From assembly GCA_964402575.1 (NCBI GenBank), contig CAYODC010000005.1:1-28023 (forward strand): a DNA stretch of 28,023 nt, in the 5' to 3' direction. Within the stretch, counting starts at the first letter, position 1, and each line of letters begins with the position of its first letter. Positions 6,787 to 14,951 of this stretch are shown here, piece by piece. The position numbers and the translations under genes were made by a program. Origin of the DNA: an uncultured Verrucomicrobiota bacterium (GTDB lineage: Bacteria > Verrucomicrobiota > Kiritimatiellia > CAIQIC01 > Lenti-01). The notes beneath the pieces are model-generated. The model worked only from the letters and a program-made list of their open reading frames with translations. It had not been told where the DNA came from and ran no database searches.

Positions 6787-9576
6787 TCATTCGTCCCTTT
6801 CAAACAGAAAACTGAATGCTTCACTCCTCCCGTCTTCGGGCTCCTCCACTGTCCAATTGGTTTCGCTTTCGTGGGATGTCGTGGAGATTGGTGGGGTCGC
6901 TTGCCTTGCAGGCCATGCCCCGATCTCCCCATCCCCGGCAGGCGACAGTTCCATTTTCCTCTTAACCGGCTCCTGCGACATCGCGCCAGAGAACAGCAAG
7001 GGGTTCGACGCATACTTTTCCGAAGGCCTTCCCTTTACGAATTTCTCCTCCAGCCTAGCGATGTAGCCCAAGTCTTCCAGTCTCGTCAGGGCAGGGCGAA
7101 TGTCGTCCATAGACTTGACCTCCATGCAACCCCTCGTCCAAAGCAGGACTTCCCTGGCAGTAAACGTCTTGGCGTCCTTTTCAACGATATGCCTGACAAC
7201 CCTGGCCAGCAGTCCTTCCCTTGACTCGGTCTTGATTCCCAGCATGGCTTGCTCATTCTTAACGGCGAACCAATTCATCAGCCTGACGGCCCTGGTCATC
7301 ATGTCCTGGTGGATCGGGGTTCGTTCGTCGAGACCTGCCATGAGGTGCAACAGGCCAGCAATCCTGACCGTCCGTCCGGCAAACTTGTTCCACCAGGCTT
7401 GCATCTCTCCCATCTTGGGTGCGTGGAAATCTGCCCAAGTGTAATGCTTGCCTAGGATTTCCAAAGCCTCCTTGGAAAGCGATAGGATTCTAAATGGAAT
7501 TCCGCCTTCTTCATTTGGTTCGTCCAGTTGGTCGGCTTTCGCCAGAGGCTCCATTACAGCCTCATAAGCCAAACGCTTCCCGATATCTATAGCATCCTCC
7601 CTCCAGCCCGTAGGCATCCTTTCAACCTTGATAAGCAGGCATCGAGGAATCAATCCCTGGTCCTGCAACTCCTCACCATGGGACTCCAGGGCAGACCAGA
7701 GACGCCTAGGCTGGATGTATGTCAAAACAGGTATCGCTGGGTACTTCACCCGGCCAGAACCTTCACCGGCACGCACCCTGGAATCCGAACTCAAATCGTA
7801 TCCCTTGAGGATGAATTCGTTGGCTGTTTTCCCTTCCGAGTGAAACCCCGTCACCGCATTGACAAACTGCCCACCCTCGTCGGTTACAATTGCCACTTTG
7901 GCGATGCCCGCCTTGTTGGCCGTCCGGCCAGCCATCACTTCAACGGCCTGCGTCGTTAGATTTGAGACCATGTAGTATGGGTCTGGCGGTGGAGTGCCGA
8001 GTTCCTTGTCCAGTTCAACCAATCGCGTCTTGGCTTCATCGGTTGATATGCTCTTGTCGGCCTGAACTGCGGAAATCCTCTTCTCAATTACCCGTTTCAG
8101 GCATTTGTATTCCCGAAGTTTATCGTCATGGTCTTTGATGCGCCTCTCCAAGTCGTTTTCGATGGGGGTCATGATGGCTTTGAATTCAGGCGTCTTCTTC
8201 TCTCCCGAACCCGCAACTTTTATCAGCCACAAGGCCAAGGGCTCCATCCAACCGGGTTTGACTTCAACCTTCCACTTGTCACTGGCGAGCACCGAGGCGA
8301 CTGTTATCATCGAAGCGGTCACCGAACCTGTTTCGTAACCGAATTCCTTTGCGATGTCGTCGGCATACTCGACCAGTTCTGGTGGCAGGCATTCTCTGGG
8401 GAATACCGGCTCCTCAATTCTCTCCTCCAGGGCTGGAGGATGTTCCTCGGGGAAGAGGACGGAGTATTTCGACCATCCAACTTCTTCGGCCATATGGAAC
8501 AGCGTTCCCAAAGTGACTTTGTCGTCCCTGGAGCCACCGAATGACTTCCATTTGTCGTCCAGTATCCCTGGTTCATACCTTTCAGAGTCTCTGGCAGACC
8601 AACTATGCCAAATATCCAAGCCTTTCTCCGCGTCCCATGATCTCATGGCCATGCCAATCTTGAGCCATCCATCATAATCCAGCTTGGAAGGGTCTATGGC
8701 TTCCAAGGCCGAGAGAATCCTCCTCTGGTCTGGTGGGGCGGACTTGCTGAAAGAAGGTGTAGAGTCACGCTTCATGGATTCTTTTGTGGAATAGGATATG
8801 CCACCAACAAGCATAATCCTGTCTCGGGGTACGGCTTCGATGGTTTCTGGAACATGGAGGATTTGGGAACCCCGATGGGGACGTTCTGGCGTGTTTTCGC
8901 CCTTCCGACTGACGACGCCAGGGATCTTGGCGATTCTGGATGCGTTGTGAACAGACTGATCTACATCCACTGGGTTTCCCCTTGTCTTCAGCCCGAACTT
9001 CGACCCCAAGACCCTGAGAACTTCCCTAGGAAGGTCATCCTTGGGCTCAAGGTCGCACCGGTAGTAGAGGTGATACCCATTGCCAGAATCCACCACGATG
9101 GGGTCTGGCCAGCCTTGGCTGGAGAGCCATGATTTGGCCGCCATGCAGACCGCCCAAGCTTTGGCCTTTTCTTCAGAAGTCGCCGAGGTGTCGGTGAGTC
9201 TTGTCGGGTCGAAGTCAATGTAGATCCAGTTGCGACTGGCTATGTCCTCGTCTTTGGCTGCGACTTTAGCCCAACGGAAACTGTCAGGAGCACGGTCGTG
9301 AAGCCCGCTATGAACGGGATTGACTGTTACATAGGCATGCCCGCCTTCATGATCATCCCAGAACTTATTCAAGACATCTGACGCCGTCTTGGCATCCCCG
9401 AAGAATCCAGACGAGTTGCCGGGCACCATGCATCCATTCGCCAGCGAATCGAGGATTCGGATCTCGAACGTGCTTCCTTCGGCATGTAGGATTTTCAGAA
9501 ACCTCTCTGCCTCTTCCTTGTTCCATTTAGGTTCGGCATCCATGGGGACGCCTTCATTCATTTTGTCTTCCTGCAT
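6787..9576 (-). CDS. Replication protein: AEP-type primase/polymerase + PriCT-2 + DUF3987 (YfjI-like) helicase region (929 aa)
   Basis: WIYIDFD and VVDSGNGYHLYY (AEP motifs); LDYDGWLKIGMAM...WHSWS...KWKSF (PriCT-2); FPRECLP, VAGSGEKKTP, VTDEGG, QP, GLIPRCL, KFAGRTVRIAGLLHL, LEDLGYI (DUF3987-type). AAGGA SD upstream. Confidence 0.9.
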   Translation of the reverse strand: MQEDKMNEGVPMDAEPKWNKEEAERFLKILHAEGSTFEIRILDSLANGCMVPGNSSGFFGDAKTASDVLNKFWDDHEGGHAYVTVNPVHSGLHDRAPDSFRWAKVAAKDEDIASRNWIYIDFDPTRLTDTSATSEEKAKAWAVCMAAKSWLSSQGWPDPIVVDSGNGYHLYYRCDLEPKDDLPREVLRVLGSKFGLKTRGNPVDVDQSVHNASRIAKIPGVVSRKGENTPERPHRGSQILHVPETIEAVPRDRIMLVGGISYSTKESMKRDSTPSFSKSAPPDQRRILSALEAIDPSKLDYDGWLKIGMAMRSWDAEKGLDIWHSWSARDSERYEPGILDDKWKSFGGSRDDKVTLGTLFHMAEEVGWSKYSVLFPEEHPPALEERIEEPVFPRECLPPELVEYADDIAKEFGYETGSVTASMITVASVLASDKWKVEVKPGWMEPLALWLIKVAGSGEKKTPEFKAIMTPIENDLERRIKDHDDKLREYKCLKRVIEKRISAVQADKSISTDEAKTRLVELDKELGTPPPDPYYMVSNLTTQAVEVMAGRTANKAGIAKVAIVTDEGGQFVNAVTGFHSEGKTANEFILKGYDLSSDSRVRAGEGSGRVKYPAIPVLTYIQPRRLWSALESHGEELQDQGLIPRCLLIKVERMPTGWREDAIDIGKRLAYEAVMEPLAKADQLDEPNEEGGIPFRILSLSKEALEILGKHYTWADFHAPKMGEMQAWWNKFAGRTVRIAGLLHLMAGLDERTPIHQDMMTRAVRLMNWFAVKNEQAMLGIKTESREGLLARVVRHIVEKDAKTFTAREVLLWTRGCMEVKSMDDIRPALTRLEDLGYIARLEEKFVKGRPSEKYASNPLLFSGAMSQEPVKRKMELSPAGDGEIGAWPARQATPPISTTSHESETNWTVEEPEDGRSEAFSFLFERDE

Positions 9577-9618
9577 TTTATCTTTCCTTTATTGCAGGGA
9601 ATCCGAACAGCGACGATG

Positions 9619-9624
9619 TATAAT
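9619..9624 (+). promoter_or_regulatory. Candidate -10 element (TATAAT) of an antisense RNA
   Basis: Perfect TATAAT about 40 bp upstream of the plus-strand terminator. No well-spaced -35 was found. Confidence 0.35.
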
Positions 9625-9661
9625 ATTGTAACAATGGTTCGTTCCCGTTGTGTTTCGTTGG

Positions 9662-9692
9662 ATGCCTCCCGGCCACGGGAGGCGTTCTTTTT
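9662..9692 (+). terminator. Intrinsic terminator oriented antisense to the RHH-primase transcript
   Basis: Stem GCCTCCC (9664-9670) / GGGAGGC (9677-9683), 6-nt loop, followed on plus by GTTCTTTTTT. No T-tract follows the stem on minus. Confidence 0.7.
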
Positions 9693-9905
9693 CTAGTTCA
9701 TATTAGTCTCCATGGTTGGGTCGGATTTCGGCTCCGACTGTCCATCCTCAGGCTGAATGAAAGGCTCCAGTCCCTGGCGCATGAGGAACGATAGGGAAAC
9801 CCGCCTGGAAGAAGCGCGAGAACGTAGTCTCATATATTCGTCCTCCGAGATCCTGGTGTTGACGATCCGTTTCCGATCCAGTGAATATCTTTCATTTGAA
9901 ATCAT
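9693..9905 (-). CDS. Ribbon-helix-helix protein (CopG/MobC-like, 70 aa)
   Basis: RIVNTRISEDEYMRLRSRASSRRVSLSFLMRQGL fits strand-helix-helix. Directly upstream of the replication gene. Confidence 0.8.
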   Translation of the reverse strand: MISNERYSLDRKRIVNTRISEDEYMRLRSRASSRRVSLSFLMRQGLEPFIQPEDGQSEPKSDPTMETNMN

Positions 9906-10087
9906 GCCGATTCTTCTTTGTTTACATATGCTTCTCGGATCGGTCGCCGGTTTCCTCTATTTATTTATGCTTTTCTTAAAATATTTTCAGGGCGAGGTTC
10001 ACAAGGAGCAAGGGAAATGGCCCCAGTCTGACCGCAACAATATTATACAGGGAACCGCGACCGGGAATTCCCACTGGATGCCATCAC

Positions 10088-10241
10088 ATTTTTGCGATTA
10101 TTGCGACGGCCTCTCTATAGGGGTCTGTGTTGGAAAATAGAGAGAGAGAAATATATCTAAATATGCCTTTAGGGAGGCCTACACGAAAATCGCAAAAATC
10201 CCCCCAGGCCTTCCCAACGACATTTATGTGATTATTGCGAC
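10088..10241. repeat. Repeat cluster in a long non-coding region (candidate origin or recombination site)
   Basis: 12-bp IR ATTTTTGCGATT (10088-10099) / AATCGCAAAAAT (10188-10199); inner 8-bp IR CTCTCTAT (10111-10118) / ATAGAGAG (10137-10144); 12-bp direct repeat GATTATTGCGAC (10096-10107, 10230-10241). Confidence 0.7.
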
Positions 10242-10808
10242 TACCGTTTAGGGCGTTTTCTCTTCAAAAGTCCCAAATGAAGGGGTTGTGGTCTCACAAT
10301 GGGTCAGGGGGTGGGATCAGGCCTGAAGCCCACCCCAATTCCTGTGCAGTGACAAAATACCTGCCTAAAGAGAACTGTAGGCCAGCCGAAATTGTGAAAT
10401 GGGGTTGGAGGGCTAGTCGCCCCAAGGAATCCTCCCCCCCGGCCATTTTCTCGATTTTTTGTAAGAAACATCATCTCTCTATGAATCCGAAAATGGCTCC
10501 CTCGAAAAGTCCTGGGCAGCCTTGTGGCTTAGGTGACCAATATCTAGGCCATTTTCCCGCAAGACACCCCCGCCCCTCTTCCTGGGGGAAATCACAGACA
10601 TTTGCTTTTCAGCCTGGATCGGCCAAGACGCCCTTCCGCCTGAAGACTTCTAGCCCAATAGCGACCCAACCTGGAAAATTCTGTCCGATAATTGGGTCAG
10701 TATCACCTAAATGGCGGAACAAGTTGGACCCGTCCTGCGAGGAACTAGGTCAGTTTCTCTTCTTGTTGACCCAGTTAGGAGGCCTTTTGAAGGACGAGTG
10801 CAGGAAGA

Positions 10809-11471
10809 TCAGGCGACCGAGATGGCGGAAGCGACGCTTTTCCGTCTCGGGCTTTGCAGGGAACCGAGGAGCTTCTCCATGGCATTCATGCCGGCGATGG
10901 ACTGCTCGGGAGAAATATCAGCATACACTTGAGTAACCGTCAGGCTGGAGTGGCCAAGTTGTTTCTGAACCAACCTCAAAGAATTGGTCGCCTCGTAGAG
11001 CACCGTGGCGTTGGTATGCCTGGCGTCATGTAGCCGGTGATTGGGAACGTACTTCTTCCACCTTTTATACACGCCACTTGGCGCATACTTTGGACTGCGC
11101 TCGCTCCGAAGGAAGAAGTCTTCTGGCGATTGAATCTCGCCCCGTTCGACCTTCCACTTCATATACCAGCGAACATCGGAAGCGAAGCCTTTAGGCAAAT
11201 GGACATGGCGAGTCTTTCCGCCCTTACCCCTGCGGACCAAAAGACGGCTGTTTCCCCCGAAGATCGAAAAGTCCCCGCACCGGAGTTCGCAGACCTCGAA
11301 ACGCCGAAGGCCTGTATAGATGAAGGTCTGGATAATCATCCAATCTCTGATGAGCTGGGGCCTTTTCTTGGCAATTCCAAGCGTTTTGATTTCCTCGGCA
11401 CGCAAGAGCAGCGCGGTCAGTTCCTGCCGGTTGAGGAATTTTTCGGGCGTGATCTCCCAGTTCGGGTTCAT
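10809..11471 (-). CDS. Catalytic-domain-only tyrosine recombinase (220 aa)
   Basis: TGLRRFEV (R), RGKGGK (K), HRLHDARH (HxxR), LGHSS, TQVY (Y). Begins directly at the catalytic domain (PEKFLNRQEL). ATGA overlap with the ruvB-like stop. Confidence 0.95.
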   Translation of the reverse strand: MNPNWEITPEKFLNRQELTALLLRAEEIKTLGIAKKRPQLIRDWMIIQTFIYTGLRRFEVCELRCGDFSIFGGNSRLLVRRGKGGKTRHVHLPKGFASDVRWYMKWKVERGEIQSPEDFFLRSERSPKYAPSGVYKRWKKYVPNHRLHDARHTNATVLYEATNSLRLVQKQLGHSSLTVTQVYADISPEQSIAGMNAMEKLLGSLQSPRRKSVASAISVA

Positions 11472-12442
11472 GCTGATACCTCCTGTAGAGTGGCAAACAT
11501 CTCTCTGGCCTTTTCCGTCGCCACCCGTCCCCTGGACGACCGGCGGAGAAGTCCTTCCCGGATGAGATGGGGCTCCATGGCCTGTTCAATGGTCTCGATG
11601 GTTTCATTCAACGCTGCCGAGACCGACGTGAGCCCCACCGGCTGGTCGGCTTGGATGAGCATCCCCAGATACCGCCGATCCTGCCCCGTCAGCCCAGAGG
11701 CGTCCACGTCCCGCATAGCATACGCTTCCTGAACGGCGTTGAGATCAGGGGCGACTCCCAGGCCCGACGAATACTCAACCAGCCAGCGCAGATGGCCGAT
11801 TGCTATGCGAGCAGTGGAACGAGACCGCTTGGCTACTTCCATGGCGACGCCTAGTTCCAATTCGACGCCCATGGCCTTGGAGGCCCGGAGGACAATGCGA
11901 GTCAGGTCGTCGAGGCTGTATGGCTCAAGGGTCAGCTCATGAGCAAAACGGCTACGCAATGGCGCAGATACCAGGCCAGACATCGTAGAGGCTCCCAATA
12001 AAGTGAAAGGCGGAATGGCGACCATCTCGGTGGCTGGCTTTGCCTGGACGCCCAGGGCCCGCATGAAGTCGGAGGACTCTGTCTTGACCACCGGAACCAA
12101 ATTGTCCTCCATCGCCGGATACAGGATTTCTTCCACCGATCTGGCCATCGCGTGAATCTCATCGATGAAGAGGACATCCAGGGGCTTCAGGGAGCGAAGG
12201 AGTCCAATGAGTTGCTCTGGAGCCTGGAGATTTCCGCCGATGGTCTCCACCAGCTTACCTCCAATTTCGTTGGCGACAATTCTGGCCAGCGTCGTTTTCC
12301 CCAATCCAGGGGGTCCAGAAAGAAGGACATGGCTGACAGAGGTCTTCTTGGTCTTGGCAGATCGGCAGAGGATCTGGAGGACTTGCCTGACACGCTCTTG
12401 GCCAATGAAGTCATTGAGGCTGGATGGGCGGATGCATTGCAT
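11468..12442 (-). CDS. ruvB: RuvB-like Holliday-junction branch-migration AAA+ ATPase (324 aa)
   Basis: RPSSLNDFIGQ, GPPGLGKTT (Walker A), LFIDEIH (Walker B), EEILYPAMED, PPFTLLGA, PLRSRF (Arg finger), STARIA (sensor II), C-terminal wHTH PVGL...EPHLIREGLLRRSSRGRVAT. Confidence 0.93.
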   Translation of the reverse strand: MQCIRPSSLNDFIGQERVRQVLQILCRSAKTKKTSVSHVLLSGPPGLGKTTLARIVANEIGGKLVETIGGNLQAPEQLIGLLRSLKPLDVLFIDEIHAMARSVEEILYPAMEDNLVPVVKTESSDFMRALGVQAKPATEMVAIPPFTLLGASTMSGLVSAPLRSRFAHELTLEPYSLDDLTRIVLRASKAMGVELELGVAMEVAKRSRSTARIAIGHLRWLVEYSSGLGVAPDLNAVQEAYAMRDVDASGLTGQDRRYLGMLIQADQPVGLTSVSAALNETIETIEQAMEPHLIREGLLRRSSRGRVATEKAREMFATLQEVSA

Positions 12443-12587
12443 ATCTTTACCTATTGATCTTTAGTGCAACAGATCCCAGTGAAAACGGGTCGCTGGCCCC
12501 TGGGACGAATCAAGGCCTGTTTTCCCGAGAAGTGACATAATTTTTTCCATAAAAAACCTGCGTGGGCGGTGTCCCGTAGAATTACAT

Positions 12588-12812
12588 CTATGTGCCAACG
12601 CCACATCCCAGGCCCCGCCTTTGCCCGCCGATTGGTGCAGATAACCCGTCCAAACGCTTCCGCCTGATGGCATTGGTTGGCTTTATCATCGCCAATCCCG
12701 TTCGATTCTGGGCGATGGCGGTCACATTCGGCTCGGAAACCGCCGATAAATATATGAAGCCAGCATTCTGCCTCAGGGGATCTGCCTCAAATCTGGAGCC
12801 CTTCCGCATCAT
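12588..12812 (-). CDS. Small basic hypothetical protein (74 aa)
   Basis: AGGAGG SD 6 nt before ATG, 10 bp after the stop of the 112-aa gene. No family recognised. Confidence 0.55.
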   Translation of the reverse strand: MMRKGSRFEADPLRQNAGFIYLSAVSEPNVTAIAQNRTGLAMIKPTNAIRRKRLDGLSAPIGGQRRGLGCGVGT

Positions 12813-12822
12813 AAATGTCCTC

Positions 12823-13161
12823 CTATCCCTGCCCGAGCCTGGCCATTGCCCGATCCATTGCTTCGCCCAATTGTCGCCTGAAAGTATTTGGATAGTCCCC
12901 CAGGAACTCCCCCTGCATAATAATCACAAGGCTGACGGTTGCCATCCGAGTAGCGGAATCCAGCAACTGACGTTGAAAGACGTACGCGACGAATATTCGT
13001 ATGAGGTAGTTCCTCCCCGCCATGAGCCTTGCAAGAGTCCGCCACGCCATATGTCGTTGTTGCTGGTCGTCCGAGACTCCCGCGACTGCCTCTGCAAGTT
13101 CGCAGGTCCACTGGCGGAAGGCTTGGGTCTGCAAATTGTCGTCTAGGGGAATAGGGTTCAT
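12823..13161 (-). CDS. Small helical hypothetical protein (112 aa)
   Basis: AGGAGG SD upstream; starts 21 bp after the ClpX-like stop. Amphipathic helical composition. Confidence 0.75.
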   Translation of the reverse strand: MNPIPLDDNLQTQAFRQWTCELAEAVAGVSDDQQQRHMAWRTLARLMAGRNYLIRIFVAYVFQRQLLDSATRMATVSLVIIMQGEFLGDYPNTFRRQLGEAMDRAMARLGQG

Positions 13162-13182
13162 AGGCTGGAGCCTCCTGCCTCA

Positions 13183-14850
13183 TTATGCCAGCCCTTCCGC
13201 CCCTTCGGTCTCGTTGATGGCCTTCCTTATGTCTGCCAGTCTGACAACGATGTCCCCAGGCTTGTCGTCGTAGAGATGTCCTTCGACCAGGGTTCCTAGG
13301 ATAGTTTTCACCGCTCTGGAATATCCACGAATTTCGCAAGCCCAGTTGGCAAGGTACTGAATGGCTTCATCCGTCAAGTCGAGACTCATGCCGAAGGACT
13401 GAAGAAAGGCGTTTTGGCGGGCAAGCAGGCCTGTCCTTGGGTGAGAAGTGATGCGGACGATCTGCTCGGGAGTCGGATCTGGGAGGACAATGATCGCCCC
13501 GATCCGATTGACGATCTGCTCCATGAAGCCATATTTCACAAGGGCGTCTCGGATATCACTCCTTGCAGCCTTTGCTCCGGCCGACCCAAAGCCAAGCCCC
13601 GAAGACTTGCGGTTGCCATCAGCCAGCAGATCCCGAAGCCCCTGAAAGGCTCCGCAAAGCAGAAAATTTGTTTCCCAGCAGTCCAGCACGCCCATATATG
13701 GTGTATTTGATCGCCTTGAACCCAACGGCAGCTTGCATCCCTCCAGAGGCTTCAGCAATTCGGCCTGGATTCCTCGGCCCTGAGGGTCTGTCGATGAATG
13801 GCCTCCGTCACCCTTGGCGCAGAGCTTGTCAAATTCGTCCATGACCAGGATGCCCTTCTGGGCTTCTGACGGCTTGGTCTTGTTGGCCAGCAGGCCGAAG
13901 AAACACTCGTCAATGCTCAACCCGACATAGGAAGCCTGAGAAACCCCTGACATATCGGCTACCGAATATGGGAGTCCGCTGACTCTGGCGAATGATTCTG
14001 CCATATGTGTTTTTCCGCTTCCGCTGGAGCCGATTAAAAGGGTCACAACTGGAGAAACACTTGGCCTGACTCCCTTACGAATCTGCTCCAGACGACGCAT
14101 ATGGAGACTCATTTGGGCGGAAAAACGACGCAAGGGGACATCTATGCCGATGACCTCGTTTTTCAAGGTATCGAAAATTCCCATGGCCGTCAGCAGCTTG
14201 GGGGTCTCGCCGGGCTTCTGGACGGAAGGGGGAGGTTCTGCATTGCGTGATACTGTTGCAGACTTATGAGATTCGGAAATATTCTTCCGCACCCATTCAT
14301 CCCTGTCCCTCTGAAGGCTCTCTGCATCCCAAATCACAGGAAGGTTGTCGTTGCTCAGAAACTTGGACAATTTCCATGCAGGCAACAACTCGCCTCCTGC
14401 GTAATCGGTTTCCTTGTAGCAGATGGCATCCTTTCTACCAACGAGCATTCGGATCGTCCTGCGACTTTCAAGATGAAGGCTCATATCTCCTAGCGAGGCC
14501 GCCGTTGCAGCTCTTGCAACCGATATTCCCGAACGCTCTGTGGTCAAAGAACCCCAGCCAATGTAGGAGATGATTCTCAAGGCAATATGGTCGCCGAGAA
14601 CCTGGTCGCCCCTGATCTCTAATAGCGATCGCAACAGCCGTTGGTTGGTGTCATAGGCGGCAGTCTCTATTCGCTTCTCAATAGCCTCGATTTCAGAACG
14701 AAGCCTAGAAGCCTCATGAGGCCGAATAGGTCTCGTCAGCCCAAGTTCGCTCTGGGGGAACGCATACTGATGCAGGAGTTGGCCAAGCCGAAGGACATCG
14801 GCAGTGGCCTGCTCTCTGGTGGGCATTGATTCTTTGGACTCTTCAGCCAT
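13183..14850 (-). CDS. ClpX-like AAA+ ATPase with an unrecognised ~215-aa N-terminal region (555 aa)
   Basis: EVIG, LLIGSSGSGKT (Walker A), SYVG pore loop (cf. GYVG), ILVMDEFDK (Walker B), GIQAELLK (cf. GVQQALLK), FLLCGAF (cf. FICGGAF), GLGFG loop, LVKYGFMEQIVNRI. No C4 zinc-binding domain. Confidence 0.88.
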   Translation of the reverse strand: MAEESKESMPTREQATADVLRLGQLLHQYAFPQSELGLTRPIRPHEASRLRSEIEAIEKRIETAAYDTNQRLLRSLLEIRGDQVLGDHIALRIISYIGWGSLTTERSGISVARAATAASLGDMSLHLESRRTIRMLVGRKDAICYKETDYAGGELLPAWKLSKFLSNDNLPVIWDAESLQRDRDEWVRKNISESHKSATVSRNAEPPPSVQKPGETPKLLTAMGIFDTLKNEVIGIDVPLRRFSAQMSLHMRRLEQIRKGVRPSVSPVVTLLIGSSGSGKTHMAESFARVSGLPYSVADMSGVSQASYVGLSIDECFFGLLANKTKPSEAQKGILVMDEFDKLCAKGDGGHSSTDPQGRGIQAELLKPLEGCKLPLGSRRSNTPYMGVLDCWETNFLLCGAFQGLRDLLADGNRKSSGLGFGSAGAKAARSDIRDALVKYGFMEQIVNRIGAIIVLPDPTPEQIVRITSHPRTGLLARQNAFLQSFGMSLDLTDEAIQYLANWACEIRGYSRAVKTILGTLVEGHLYDDKPGDIVVRLADIRKAINETEGAEGLA

Positions 14851-14951
14851 GCCTAAACCGCCTAACTAATCCACCATGCCAACAGCATCGCCCTCATAAG
14901 GATATGGACGGCCATGCCATATAGAATCTTTTCGACCATTGAATGCGAAGC

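Noticed and set aside
10235-10936. 233-aa plus-strand ORF across the non-coding region
   Set aside because: Low-complexity Pro/Ser/Arg composition, TTG start, overlaps the recombinase 3' end, no motifs.
11037-11732. 231-aa plus-strand ORF
   Set aside because: Antisense to the recombinase and ruvB-like gene; shadow ORF.
11468-12442. Interpretation as the host housekeeping ruvAB locus
   Set aside because: No ruvA/ruvC adjacent, altered RuvA-binding hairpin, and embedded among mobile-element genes.
12461-12673. 70-aa minus ORF upstream of ruvB-like gene
   Set aside because: Overlaps the better-supported 12588-12812 ORF and lacks a clear SD; a short peptide from ATG 12550 cannot be supported.
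13183-14850. Interpretation as housekeeping clpX or hslU
   Set aside because: No zinc-binding domain, no adjacent clpP/tig/hslV, and divergent motifs; gene symbol withheld.
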